Positions 10,120 through 18,685 of a stretch of 64,000 nucleotides of DNA are shown in pieces. This DNA comes from an uncultured Planctomycetia bacterium (GTDB taxonomy: Bacteria; Omnitrophota; Gorgyraeia; Duberdicusellales; Duberdicusellaceae): assembly GCA_964634935.1 (NCBI GenBank), contig CAZWJT010000002.1:10570-74569 (forward strand), given 5' to 3'. The notes under the pieces were generated by a model that was not told the origin of the DNA, searched no databases, and was given only the letters and a program-made list of their open reading frames with translations. A program made the translations under genes and the position numbers. Within the stretch, counting starts at the first letter, position 1; every line of letters starts with the position of its first letter.

Positions 10120-10147
10120 AATGTCCGCTCATTAGCGGACATTTTCT
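10120..10147 (+). terminator. Stem-loop after the hypothetical gene
   Basis: AATGTCCGCT-catt-AGCGGACATT followed by TT. The T-run is short, so this is a weak call. Confidence 0.3.
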
Positions 10148-10388
10148 AGCCAGCAGACATTTATAATAAAAGCGTAGGAACTGAAATTCCAATTAAGTTT
10201 ATTCACTTTTTCTGTATTCGGAAAAACAAGTAATATTTTGGGCTTCAAACGGCTCAAATTAGCCTGAAAAATAGTCTATTCCTGCAAAAATTGATTATTT
10301 TGCAGGCTTACGATAAAATGCCTTCGTTTTAGGTATTTGAGAATTTTTTTGATATTTTAGCCATAACATCGTGCAAGAAAAAAAAGAA

Positions 10389-10417
10389 TTGACAAATATT
10401 TGTTAAAATGGTATTAT
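10389..10417 (+). promoter_or_regulatory. Sigma70-like promoter TTGACA-N17-TATTAT for the ATPase/TOPRIM operon, overlapped by the near-palindrome TTGACAAATATTTGTTAA
   Basis: The -35 is 10389..10394 and the -10 is 10412..10417. The -35 lies inside an imperfect 9-9 inverted repeat, which could be an operator. Confidence 0.45.
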
Positions 10418-10462
10418 TACATTGTCAATAACGCTCAAAATAAGTATTTCAGGAGGGATAAA

Positions 10463-11689
10463 ATGATTCATTCATTTACGTTCAAAAATTTTTGTTCCTT
10501 TGCAAATAATGCCACAATATTGTTTCAGGATATTCGCAAAGGAGTAGAAACTAAGAGTAATATGTTTTGCGACACCTCGTTAGGCGACCGTGTAAGCAAA
10601 GTTATGATCGTGGTTGGGCCTAACGCGTCTGGTAAGACAAGCGCCCTTAAGGCGTTGGCTTTTCTTAGTTGGTTTGTGCGAAATTCCTTTGTTGGGCTGG
10701 AAGGGGAAAAGGAGCCAATCCCTGTCGATAATTTCGCTTTCTCAGAGGATAAAGAAAGCGTGTCGGAATTCGAATTGGTTTTTGATCACAAAGATGTTGT
10801 TTATAAATATATCCTGCATTTATGCAAAACCCATGTCATAAAGGAAGAGCTATACCGCAAAGAAGATACCCAGCATTTTAATTATATATTCAAGAGAAAT
10901 TGGAACGCACAGGCGGGGAGTTCTGAGATTGTTCAGCGCATAAATTTAAAGACAGAAATTCTTAAAGAAATCTTGCGCAAGAACGTGTCTTTAATTGCCG
11001 CGTCAGTCGCGATAAAGAACGATTTTCTTACAGATATTGCCGGGTTCTGGGAGAAGATCATTAGCAACGTTAATCGCATGGGAAAATCATGGGACACTTC
11101 TTCGCTTGGCGAACGCGGCTTATTTGAAGCCACAGAGGCCTATAATAAAAATCAAAATCTTTTTGTTAAAGTTGTTCAGTTTTTGAAAGACATTGATCTT
11201 GGTTTAGAGGGAGTGTTGATCGAAGAGGGAGAAGCTCGAAATCCTAAAACCGGAGAAGCGAAGAAAATTTATTTGCCATATGGCGTGCATAAGGTTAAGG
11301 ACAAGCAATATAAATTACCGTTAGCTTTTGAATCCAGCGGCACAAAAAATATGTTTGTGCTTTTGCATTTTCTTTTGCCAGCTATTGAGCAGGGCGGGCT
11401 TGCGGTAATAGACGAGCTTGAGATCGATTTGCATCCTCACGCCGTCCCGCAAATAATCGAGTTGTTCGCTAACCCAGCCACCAACCCTAAAAATAGCCAA
11501 CTCCTTTTTACTTCACATTCCCTGGAGGTTCTTAACCATCTTGAGAAGGAACAAATTGTTCTGGTTGAGAAAAAACAGGAGTGTAAAAGTGAGCTTTATC
11601 GGCTTGATGAATTGAAAGGAATACGTCGCGACGATAACATCTACGCAAAATATATGGCCGGTGCTTATGGCGCGGTTCCAAACATATAA
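10463..11689 (+). CDS. AAA_21/AAA_15 (ABC/OLD-type) ATPase, AbiLi/RloA/AriA-like
   Basis: Walker A VVGPNASGKTSALKAL. C-terminal ESSGTKNMFVLLHFL ... AVIDELEIDLHP ... LLFTSHSLEVL signatures. The ORF track starts at TTG 10400, but ATG 10463 has a strong RBS (AGGAGGG). Confidence 0.75.
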   Translation: MIHSFTFKNFCSFANNATILFQDIRKGVETKSNMFCDTSLGDRVSKVMIVVGPNASGKTSALKALAFLSWFVRNSFVGLEGEKEPIPVDNFAFSEDKESVSEFELVFDHKDVVYKYILHLCKTHVIKEELYRKEDTQHFNYIFKRNWNAQAGSSEIVQRINLKTEILKEILRKNVSLIAASVAIKNDFLTDIAGFWEKIISNVNRMGKSWDTSSLGERGLFEATEAYNKNQNLFVKVVQFLKDIDLGLEGVLIEEGEARNPKTGEAKKIYLPYGVHKVKDKQYKLPLAFESSGTKNMFVLLHFLLPAIEQGGLAVIDELEIDLHPHAVPQIIELFANPATNPKNSQLLFTSHSLEVLNHLEKEQIVLVEKKQECKSELYRLDELKGIRRDDNIYAKYMAGAYGAVPNI

Positions 11690-11705
11690 ATAAGGGAGCC
11701 GCGAT

Positions 11706-12248
11706 ATGACGCCAAGACGAATAAAGCCGACCAGAAACACAAAAACAACTGTTCTCATTGTAGGCGAAGGCCCTACCGAGAAAGCATTTTTGCAATATCT
11801 CAAGGAGTTATACGTCGCGTGTGATTATGCCTGTGCCGTAAAAGTAGAATGCGGTTCTGGCGGCTCACCTCGCTGTGTAGTGCAAAAAGCCATACGTTTA
11901 CGAGGTAGCAGGGCTTATGATAAGTGTTACGTGCTTTTTGACGCGGATAGGCCGCTTGAAACTGATTATAAATTATCTGATCGCATGAATAAGCGGCCTC
12001 GCGTTGAAGTTCTCAAGGCCACGCCATGCATAGAGGGGTTATTTTTGGCAATATTGAAACACCCCGGATTTTCTCAAGGAAGCGCCGCGTCACATGATTG
12101 CAAACGGGATTTCCATGCCGGTTACATATCCGAAGACAAAAAGATGGACAAACGGTCATATGGGGGGAAGTTTCCAAAAACGATACTGGATAGCCAAAGA
12201 GCGCAGGTTGCAGAGTTAGACCTTATTTTAAAGGCAATGCAGGTTTAG
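11706..12248 (+). CDS. RloB/DUF4276-like TOPRIM protein (AbiLii/OLD-nuclease-like partner)
   Basis: N-terminal basic tail then VLIVGEGPTEKAFLQYL (TOPRIM Glu) and VLFDADRP (DxD). Sits 16 bp after the ATPase gene; RBS AAGGGAG. Confidence 0.6.
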   Translation: MTPRRIKPTRNTKTTVLIVGEGPTEKAFLQYLKELYVACDYACAVKVECGSGGSPRCVVQKAIRLRGSRAYDKCYVLFDADRPLETDYKLSDRMNKRPRVEVLKATPCIEGLFLAILKHPGFSQGSAASHDCKRDFHAGYISEDKKMDKRSYGGKFPKTILDSQRAQVAELDLILKAMQV

Positions 12249-12316
12249 TGAATTTGCTTCAGGCGGTGTCGTCAGCAGGACGTTGTGGGTACCGGGAGCA
12301 ATAAACGGAGGATTTT

Positions 12317-12664
12317 ATGGGTGAAATAAAGGAACTTACAGAGAAAATAAAAGAATTCCGTGACGAGCGAGATTGGAAACAATTTCATAATCATAAGGAT
12401 ATGTCTCTCTCACTAATGCTTGAGGCAGCTGAAGTTTTAGAGCACTTTCAGTGGAAATCACAGAGCGAAGTCGAAAAACATGGAAATGCATGCAAAAATG
12501 AAATAGCTGAAGAGCTCGCTGATGTTGCTATGTACCTATTTGAGCTCGCAGATAATCTTGGTATTAATTTGTCCGATGCTATTGAGCATAAGCTGACAAA
12601 AAATGCTAAAAAGTACCCTGTAGAGAAAGCTAAAGGTAAACACACAAAATACGATAAATTATGA
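12317..12664 (+). CDS. MazG-like nucleoside triphosphate pyrophosphohydrolase (small all-alpha NTP-PPase)
   Basis: IKEFRDERDWKQFHNHKDMSLSLMLEAAEVLEHFQWK and EELADVAMYLFELA are typical of the MazG/dUTPase-like fold. RBS GGAGG. Its stop overlaps the next start (ATGA). Confidence 0.7.
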   Translation: MGEIKELTEKIKEFRDERDWKQFHNHKDMSLSLMLEAAEVLEHFQWKSQSEVEKHGNACKNEIAEELADVAMYLFELADNLGINLSDAIEHKLTKNAKKYPVEKAKGKHTKYDKL

Positions 12665-15075
12665 GGCTTTACTCGGGAACATCACAGCAATTCATTCAAG
12701 ATGCAATTCATAACCAAATCGCAGAGAAGTTAAAGAACGCATTTTTCGGATATTATCGTTACAATCCTTCCCCAGCGGAGATTAATTCTTGGCGCAACTC
12801 CCTTCGTTCGATTAGCCAAGTATTTCAGCATGCGGATCTGATGGATCATGGAGTTCTTCTTGAATACCAATTACCTTTAACTTCTCGCCGACTAGATTGC
12901 ATGATCTGTGGCCGTGATCAACAAAAAGCAGATAATGCTGTTATTGTGGAATTAAAACAATGGGATAGATGTGAAGAGGCGTATGGCGATAACGAAGTGC
13001 TCACATGGGTTGGAGGCGCAAAGCGAGAAGTATTACATCCTTCAGTCCAGGTTGGGCAATATCATCTTTACCTAGAAGATACGCACACAGCATTTAATGT
13101 TGATGATGACCCTGTTACCCTGAACGCTTGTACTTATTTACATAATTACAACTATTATTCCGACGACGTTATTTTTTCAGATAAATTCCAACTTCCTCTT
13201 AAACGGTATCCTCTATTTACTGCAGATGATGTTGAAAAGCTAACAGATTATTTGAGGGATAGACTTTTAACCGGAGACGGCCTAGATGTTTTACAAAGGA
13301 TCGAAGAAAGTAAATATCGTCCAAATAAAAAGCTCATGGATCACGTAGGTAACATAATAAAAAACAAAACAGAGTATATTCTGCTAGATGAGCAACTTAT
13401 CGTTTATGATGCTGTCTTGGGATGCGCAAAAAGAAGCTTCCATGATAAGCAAAAGTCTGTAATTGTTGTTAAAGGTGGCCCAGGCACTGGCAAGTCTGTT
13501 ATAGCAATTAACTTAATGGCTGACTTGCTATTGAAAGGTTACAACTCTCATTATGCCACTGGTTCAAAGGCTTTCACAGAGACATTGCGGAAGATCATCG
13601 GAACTCGCGGATCCGTACAGTTTAAATATTTTAACAGTTATGGTCAAGCAGAAGAGAATGCTGTAGATATTCTCATCGCGGATGAGGCCCATCGTATACG
13701 AGAGACAAGCAATAGTCGATTTACACCTCGCGCGAGCCGCTCCGAAATGACACAAATTGAAGAATTGCTTCGGGCGTCTAAGGTCGCGGTATTTTTTATT
13801 GATGATGACCAAGTAGTGCGTCCTAATGAAATAGGCTCTGTTGATTATATTAAGAGAATCGCAGACGATCGCAAAATCAAACTCCATGAATATGAATTAG
13901 AAGCTCAATTTCGTTGTAATGGATCTGATGCGTTTGTAAGTTGGATCAACAATACCTTAGGGATTAAAAGAACCGCCCATGTAATCTGGGATCAACATGA
14001 AGAATTTGATTTTAAGATATTTTCTAGTCCAATTGAACTTGAAAATGCCATACGTAATAATGTTGCACGAGGCTTTACTGGAAGAGTAACAGCTGGTTTT
14101 TGCTGGGATTGGTCGCTCCCGAATGAAGATGGTACGTTGAAAAATGATGTAATCATAGGAGATTATAAACGACCATGGGATGCAAAGCCGGAGGCTAAAC
14201 GCTTAGCTCCAGGTATTCCGAAAGCTTCCCTGTGGGCATATGATCCTAATGGTATTAATCAAGTTGGATGTGTGTATACTGCACAGGGTTTCGAGTTTGA
14301 TTATGTCGGAGTTATTTTTGGTGAAGATTTAGTATATGACTTTGATAAGCAAGAGTGGATCGGCAATTCGGCTAATTCCTCTGATAGCGTAGTTAAGCGG
14401 TCTAAGAACAAATTTGTGGATTTGGTAAAAAATACTTATAGAGTTTTATTAAGCCGAGGAATGAAGGGTTGTTACGTCTATTTTATGAATAAAGATACCG
14501 AGAGGTTTTTTAAATCACGAATTGAAGGTGATAATACACAAATAGATGAATCTTTAACCGTTTCTAGGCTTCTAGGTAGCGAGGTAGATTTTCTTGAACG
14601 TATTCTCCAAGACGTTGATAGCTCTTTGAAATACAAAGAATATTTACCAGTTTATACTTTGGCTGCGGCAGCCGGTGCATTCGGCGAAGGCATGGATGTT
14701 AAAGAAAAGGGTTGGATTAAGGTTAACATCGGTAAGGCTTTGAATAAAAAATTATTCGTTGCGAAAGTAATCGGTAAGTCTATGGAACCGTTAATTCCTG
14801 ATGGGAGCTATTGTGTGTTTAGTGCGAACGTTGTTGGCACGCGAGCGAATAAGATTGTTTTAGTTCAACACAGCAGCATTTCTGATCTTGATAGTGGCGG
14901 AAAATATACGGTGAAGAAATATACGAGTAAGAAAAAATACTCGTCAGATGACACTTGGGAACATGACGAAATAACTTTGTTGCCGCTAAATCCTGACTAC
15001 GCTCCCATCATAATACCGAATACCAATGAGGGCGAGTTTATGGTGATCGCAGAATTTATATCAGTATTAAAATAA
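12661..15075 (+). CDS. DUF2075-type nuclease/helicase: N-terminal PD-(D/E)xK motif, P-loop NTPase, C-terminal LexA/UmuD-type S24 autopeptidase domain
   Basis: RLDCMICG...AVIVELKQW matches D..ExK. Walker A VVKGGPGTGKSV and Walker B ILIADEAHRI. DUF2075 tail CVYTAQGFEFDYVGVIFGEDL. The C terminus has AAAAG (Ala671-Gly672) then 35 aa later VIGKSMEPLIPDGSYCVF (Ser707), TVKKY (Lys), LLPLNPDYAPIIIP, matching the S24 layout. Confidence 0.75.
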   Translation: MRLYSGTSQQFIQDAIHNQIAEKLKNAFFGYYRYNPSPAEINSWRNSLRSISQVFQHADLMDHGVLLEYQLPLTSRRLDCMICGRDQQKADNAVIVELKQWDRCEEAYGDNEVLTWVGGAKREVLHPSVQVGQYHLYLEDTHTAFNVDDDPVTLNACTYLHNYNYYSDDVIFSDKFQLPLKRYPLFTADDVEKLTDYLRDRLLTGDGLDVLQRIEESKYRPNKKLMDHVGNIIKNKTEYILLDEQLIVYDAVLGCAKRSFHDKQKSVIVVKGGPGTGKSVIAINLMADLLLKGYNSHYATGSKAFTETLRKIIGTRGSVQFKYFNSYGQAEENAVDILIADEAHRIRETSNSRFTPRASRSEMTQIEELLRASKVAVFFIDDDQVVRPNEIGSVDYIKRIADDRKIKLHEYELEAQFRCNGSDAFVSWINNTLGIKRTAHVIWDQHEEFDFKIFSSPIELENAIRNNVARGFTGRVTAGFCWDWSLPNEDGTLKNDVIIGDYKRPWDAKPEAKRLAPGIPKASLWAYDPNGINQVGCVYTAQGFEFDYVGVIFGEDLVYDFDKQEWIGNSANSSDSVVKRSKNKFVDLVKNTYRVLLSRGMKGCYVYFMNKDTERFFKSRIEGDNTQIDESLTVSRLLGSEVDFLERILQDVDSSLKYKEYLPVYTLAAAAGAFGEGMDVKEKGWIKVNIGKALNKKLFVAKVIGKSMEPLIPDGSYCVFSANVVGTRANKIVLVQHSSISDLDSGGKYTVKKYTSKKKYSSDDTWEHDEITLLPLNPDYAPIIIPNTNEGEFMVIAEFISVLK

Positions 15076-15085
15076 TAGGTTAGGC

Positions 15086-15790
15086 ATGATATTAAAACCC
15101 GGTGAAATAGTTTCTTATTTAACAATGTGCCAGCACGAAGGGGTAAACCTTCAGCGGGGCATGAATTTCCGGTTAAAGGGCGGGCTAAGTGTCATTTTAA
15201 TGAGCTTAAGAAAGAATGCCCCGTATGCTGATAGAGTCGAGGATGATGGTGGCGTTCTGATCTATGAAGGCCACGATGTTCCGAAATATCAGGGGTTAAA
15301 GCAAAATCCAAAACAAATTGATCAGCCAGGGCTTACTCCCTCAGGGGCATTAACCGAAAATGGCAAGTTTTTCAAAGCGGCCGAAGGATATAAGAAAAAT
15401 AATGGCATTCCAGAGCTCGTTAAAGTTTATGAGAAGATACGTAACGGCATTTGGACGTATTCTGGGATTTTTGAATTGATTGATGCATGGCAGGAAGCTG
15501 CTGGGAAGCGAAAGGTATTTAAATTCAAACTAAAAATTACCGATCGGTCAGAGGCCGATCGCGACCCTGCAAATAAGGACGACTTGGATCATACGCGCGT
15601 AATACCCACAGATGTTAAATTGGCGGTATGGGAGCGCGATAAAGGACGATGTGTTGTATGCAATTCGGCAAACAACTTGCACTTTGATCACATTATCCCA
15701 TTCTCAAAGGGCGGTACATCTTTAAAAGCAGAAAATATTCAATTGATGTGTGCAAGGCATAATCTAAATAAACGAGATAAATTAATTTAG
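15086..15790 (+). CDS. SRA(YDG)-like domain fused to an HNH endonuclease: putative type IV modification-dependent restriction enzyme
   Basis: C-terminal HNH: CVVCNSANNLHFDHIIPFSKGG...NIQLMCARHN. The N-terminal GGLSVILMS...YADRVEDDGGVLIYEGHD resembles the SRA motif S-V-L-SGG...Y-DD-D-G...YTG-GG. 10 bp after the DUF2075 gene. Confidence 0.55.
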   Translation: MILKPGEIVSYLTMCQHEGVNLQRGMNFRLKGGLSVILMSLRKNAPYADRVEDDGGVLIYEGHDVPKYQGLKQNPKQIDQPGLTPSGALTENGKFFKAAEGYKKNNGIPELVKVYEKIRNGIWTYSGIFELIDAWQEAAGKRKVFKFKLKITDRSEADRDPANKDDLDHTRVIPTDVKLAVWERDKGRCVVCNSANNLHFDHIIPFSKGGTSLKAENIQLMCARHNLNKRDKLI

Positions 15791-15970
15791 ATTCGATAAA
15801 CTTTTGATAAGGAAACGAATTAAATGGCATTGGTTTGTTGATCATTGGGTTTTGTTAGCTCAAAATTCGGGGAGCTTCACATTTTTTTGCTCCTGTGGCT
15901 CTAGACTGCGCGGTTTCTAATACCGCGAGGCCACCCCAGCTTAAAAATTTCTGCCAAATTTTTAAGCGTC

Positions 15971-16148
15971 CCAAAGCCATCCCGGGAAATATCCACAGGA
16001 AATTTCCCGGGTATTCAAACGGCGAGGGGCAGGATTACATATCGCTACTTCCAATGTCTTCCTGAGCATATCAATCAGATCTTCTGAATATCAAATGGCA
16101 GAGGGTTTTGTCTGGTAAAGGAAAACCTTTTATAATATAATGTTTTAT
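15971..16148. repeat. 178-bp direct repeat, copy 1 (identical to 18686..18863); contains a palindrome and a consensus promoter
   Basis: Base-by-base comparison of the two copies shows identity over 178 bp. Internal inverted repeat CCCGGGAAAT-N11-ATTTCCCGGG at 15981..16011. Confidence 0.9.
16108..16136 (+). promoter_or_regulatory. Sigma70 promoter TTGTCT-N17-TATAAT at the 3' end of repeat copy 1
   Basis: -35 16108..16113, 17-nt spacer, -10 TATAAT 16131..16136. Points toward the gene starting at 16323. Confidence 0.6.
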
Positions 16149-16322
16149 GCCCTTTTTGTAAATAAGAATGGCCTTGCCCGAGTGCTGGATTGTGCCGTCT
16201 ACCGAGATCAAAGGGCTTCTGTACAAGAACCCAAAGGGCAACCGATCGGTGATTGACTGTTATGGCGAGAAAGGCATGCTAAAAAGAGGGCTTCGCTTTA
16301 AGGATAACTGGGAGCTTCTGAA

Positions 16323-16820
16323 ATGACAGAATTGCTTCAAGCACAAGTTCGATCTATCGGCGAGCATTACGTTGTTGCTCGGCTTACGACGCTGGGGTTT
16401 ATCGTGGGCTTGGCGCCTGAGAATACAAGAGCTGTTGATATTATTGCGATGAGCGAGGATGGCAAAAGAAACCTCCAGATTCAGGTTAAAACGCGAACGG
16501 AAGGCCGTTCTGCCGATAAAGGCTGGATGATGAGTGAGAAACACGAATCCTTAGTGAATGACAATTTATATTATATTTTCGTTACTTTACCGGAGCAATG
16601 GACTGACCGCGATCAACCGTCCACTTTTATTATTCCATCAAAGAAAGTGGCCGCTATTGTTAAGCAATCGCATAAAGACTGGACATCCAGCCCCGGGCGT
16701 AAAGGTCAAAAGCGTAACGATACCAAAATGAGACGAATCAAGCCGATCTATTCAGATTCTCCATCAATTCCTGCTGACTGGATGGATGAATACCGGGATA
16801 ATTGGGAGATTTTGAAATGA
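16323..16820 (+). CDS. Small hypothetical protein with a PD-(D/E)xK-like motif arrangement
   Basis: GEHYVVARL ... VDIIAM ... LQIQVK resembles the E / D / (E/Q)xK restriction-endonuclease-fold core. No other match. Confidence 0.4.
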   Translation: MTELLQAQVRSIGEHYVVARLTTLGFIVGLAPENTRAVDIIAMSEDGKRNLQIQVKTRTEGRSADKGWMMSEKHESLVNDNLYYIFVTLPEQWTDRDQPSTFIIPSKKVAAIVKQSHKDWTSSPGRKGQKRNDTKMRRIKPIYSDSPSIPADWMDEYRDNWEILK

Positions 16821-17470
16821 CTTTAGATCGATATGTCGCATGGGCCTTGGCTAATATTAACATAACCCTTCCCGTTTCCCGCAGAGTTGAGGAAGATTGG
16901 TTATATAATTGGTCGAGGACGTTGGATGCGATTAACAGCGTGACTGGGATATTTGAGGTTACGTCGTTGATATTCTCACGGTCTGAGTTTCTTGGCGGTT
17001 TATATCTTGGAAAAACGGCGGATACAACAGCTGACGATTTTAAACTGTTCTGGGATAAGTTCTTCCCGGAGGAGTATAAGGATTTTCATAATATGAGCGG
17101 CCAAGGTAAAGGTTCAGACATCTTCAATGTATTCAGAAATAATATCCTTCACTCAGGGACAGCAACGGCGATTAAATCTGGTGCCGATGATATTATTGGC
17201 TGGTTGATGGGATACGGGGTAAATCCCGATGGCAAGGGCATATCTTTTAAGGATCGGGCGTTTCATATTGACTGCCAGAATCTAACTACCGAGTTCAAAG
17301 AGGCGCTGAAGAAATATATTTCTTACTTGAAAGATGATACGGATGATTTAAACGGACAGGGCATTCCAAGCGTACGCTGGAGAAAAGGATTTTGGTATAC
17401 CTTAAAGCCTGTTTATATGGATTCTGCTTCATGGGGCGCTTTAGGTCGAGATAATAAGATTTATTCTTAA
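16817..17470 (+). CDS. Hypothetical protein, translationally coupled (ATGA) to the upstream gene
   Basis: ATG 16817 overlaps stop 16818..16820. No recognisable motif. Confidence 0.4.
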   Translation: MTLDRYVAWALANINITLPVSRRVEEDWLYNWSRTLDAINSVTGIFEVTSLIFSRSEFLGGLYLGKTADTTADDFKLFWDKFFPEEYKDFHNMSGQGKGSDIFNVFRNNILHSGTATAIKSGADDIIGWLMGYGVNPDGKGISFKDRAFHIDCQNLTTEFKEALKKYISYLKDDTDDLNGQGIPSVRWRKGFWYTLKPVYMDSASWGALGRDNKIYS

Positions 17471-17485
17471 TGCGAGAGGTTAATT

Positions 17486-18436
17486 ATGGCGAAAATTATA
17501 TGCTTCACTGCAATATTATTGCTGAATACTATTTTAGCAAGCGCGCAGGATACCCCTTTGGAAAAACAACTGACATTGATATACAAGAATGCGGAAGATG
17601 CAACCACCAAAGGCGATATCGAGCAGTCAGATTTTTGGTTGGCCAGATACATGGGTTTAACAGCCACAGATGAAAACACAAACCGTGGCTACCCCGATTT
17701 AATCCCATTGTTTAAAAAACGAGAGGATTTAAAACCCACAGCATTTATCTCTGGAAAGTACGATGATAGTTTTATCGAATTCTACGCTCGCGGAACATGT
17801 GGCATGTGGGGCGCGCCCGATGAAGGTATTGATAGAGAAAAGCGAGAATTTATAATTCAGTCCTATTCAGATGGTCGCTATTTTGTCGAGATAACAGCTT
17901 CGCCTCGGCTTGAGAATTGGTCTATTTTAAAAGAGCCCGCAGTTGTAGCCGTTATCCCTCTCGGGAAAAACCCCATTATCCATTCAGGTAAACTTGATAA
18001 AAATGCGGTTGCTAAACGCTTCAAGAATATGCCCTTTGATATCGGAGAAAGTTTTATCCACTACGTCTGGCAACCGGAAATGCACGATTTAGATGGGGAT
18101 GGCATACCTGAAGTATGGATCCGCTATATTAAGGCTTGGGCCGATGGTTTTTCTCAGGAATTGGCTATATATAAAATTAAAGATGACAGTGATCTTGTCC
18201 TATTAAAGCAGTTCTCCGGTGAAGCCGAAGGCATTGCCAGACGCCTTGACGGGAATGGGGTCGAGATAGGCACCGGCTTTACTAATAAGAATGTTGGGCA
18301 TCTAGGTTTTGATCAGACACGCCTTGAAATATGGGCATACAGAGATGGCAAATTCATAAAGACTTCCGAAAGGAATGTTCCCCATATTCTCTGGAGTAAT
18401 GCATGGGAGAAGTATTATTTTAATAGTCAAAAATGA
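17486..18436 (+). CDS. Secreted hypothetical protein (signal peptide)
   Basis: MAKIICFTAILLLNTILASAQD signal peptide. RBS GAGAGG. Confidence 0.5.
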   Translation: MAKIICFTAILLLNTILASAQDTPLEKQLTLIYKNAEDATTKGDIEQSDFWLARYMGLTATDENTNRGYPDLIPLFKKREDLKPTAFISGKYDDSFIEFYARGTCGMWGAPDEGIDREKREFIIQSYSDGRYFVEITASPRLENWSILKEPAVVAVIPLGKNPIIHSGKLDKNAVAKRFKNMPFDIGESFIHYVWQPEMHDLDGDGIPEVWIRYIKAWADGFSQELAIYKIKDDSDLVLLKQFSGEAEGIARRLDGNGVEIGTGFTNKNVGHLGFDQTRLEIWAYRDGKFIKTSERNVPHILWSNAWEKYYFNSQK

Positions 18437-18463
18437 TGTTTTGCGGGACAATGGATTAGTTAG

Positions 18464-18506
18464 CAGGCTACAAGGCAGTTTCTAACCTGCTTAAGCCATC
18501 GACCCC
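18464..18506. repeat. 45-bp motif copy A (CAGGCTACAAGGCAGTTTCTAA core)
   Basis: A 22-nt perfect match plus a similar 20-nt extension relative to 20515..20557. Starts 28 bp after the stop of the secreted-protein gene. Confidence 0.7.
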
Positions 18507-18685
18507 AATGAAACTTACTTCTTTCTGTCTCGACAAAGCAGAAAGAAGTTTAGTTGAATTGTCCCCGAACAGCTTTCGGAAAATGTCAAAGAGATTTTCC
18601 GAATATGAGAGATGTTCGGGGTACAACACTGCATGCGGTGCAAAAAGCAGCGCAGGCCATCAGAAAAGGCCAAGGTTTAGTTACT

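Noticed and set aside
10400-10462. TTG start at 10400 for the AAA ATPase as given in the ORF track
   Set aside because: The 21-codon extension (MLKWYYYIVNN...) overlaps the predicted -10 element and has no RBS. ATG 10463 has AGGAGGG at ideal spacing.
15921-15940. Short match (CCACCCCA) to the 3' end of tRNA-His about 6.5 kb downstream, considered as a possible attR of the island
   Set aside because: Only 8-9 nt are identical, far below what tyrosine-integrase att cores usually show, and there is no recombinase gene. Left as unproven.
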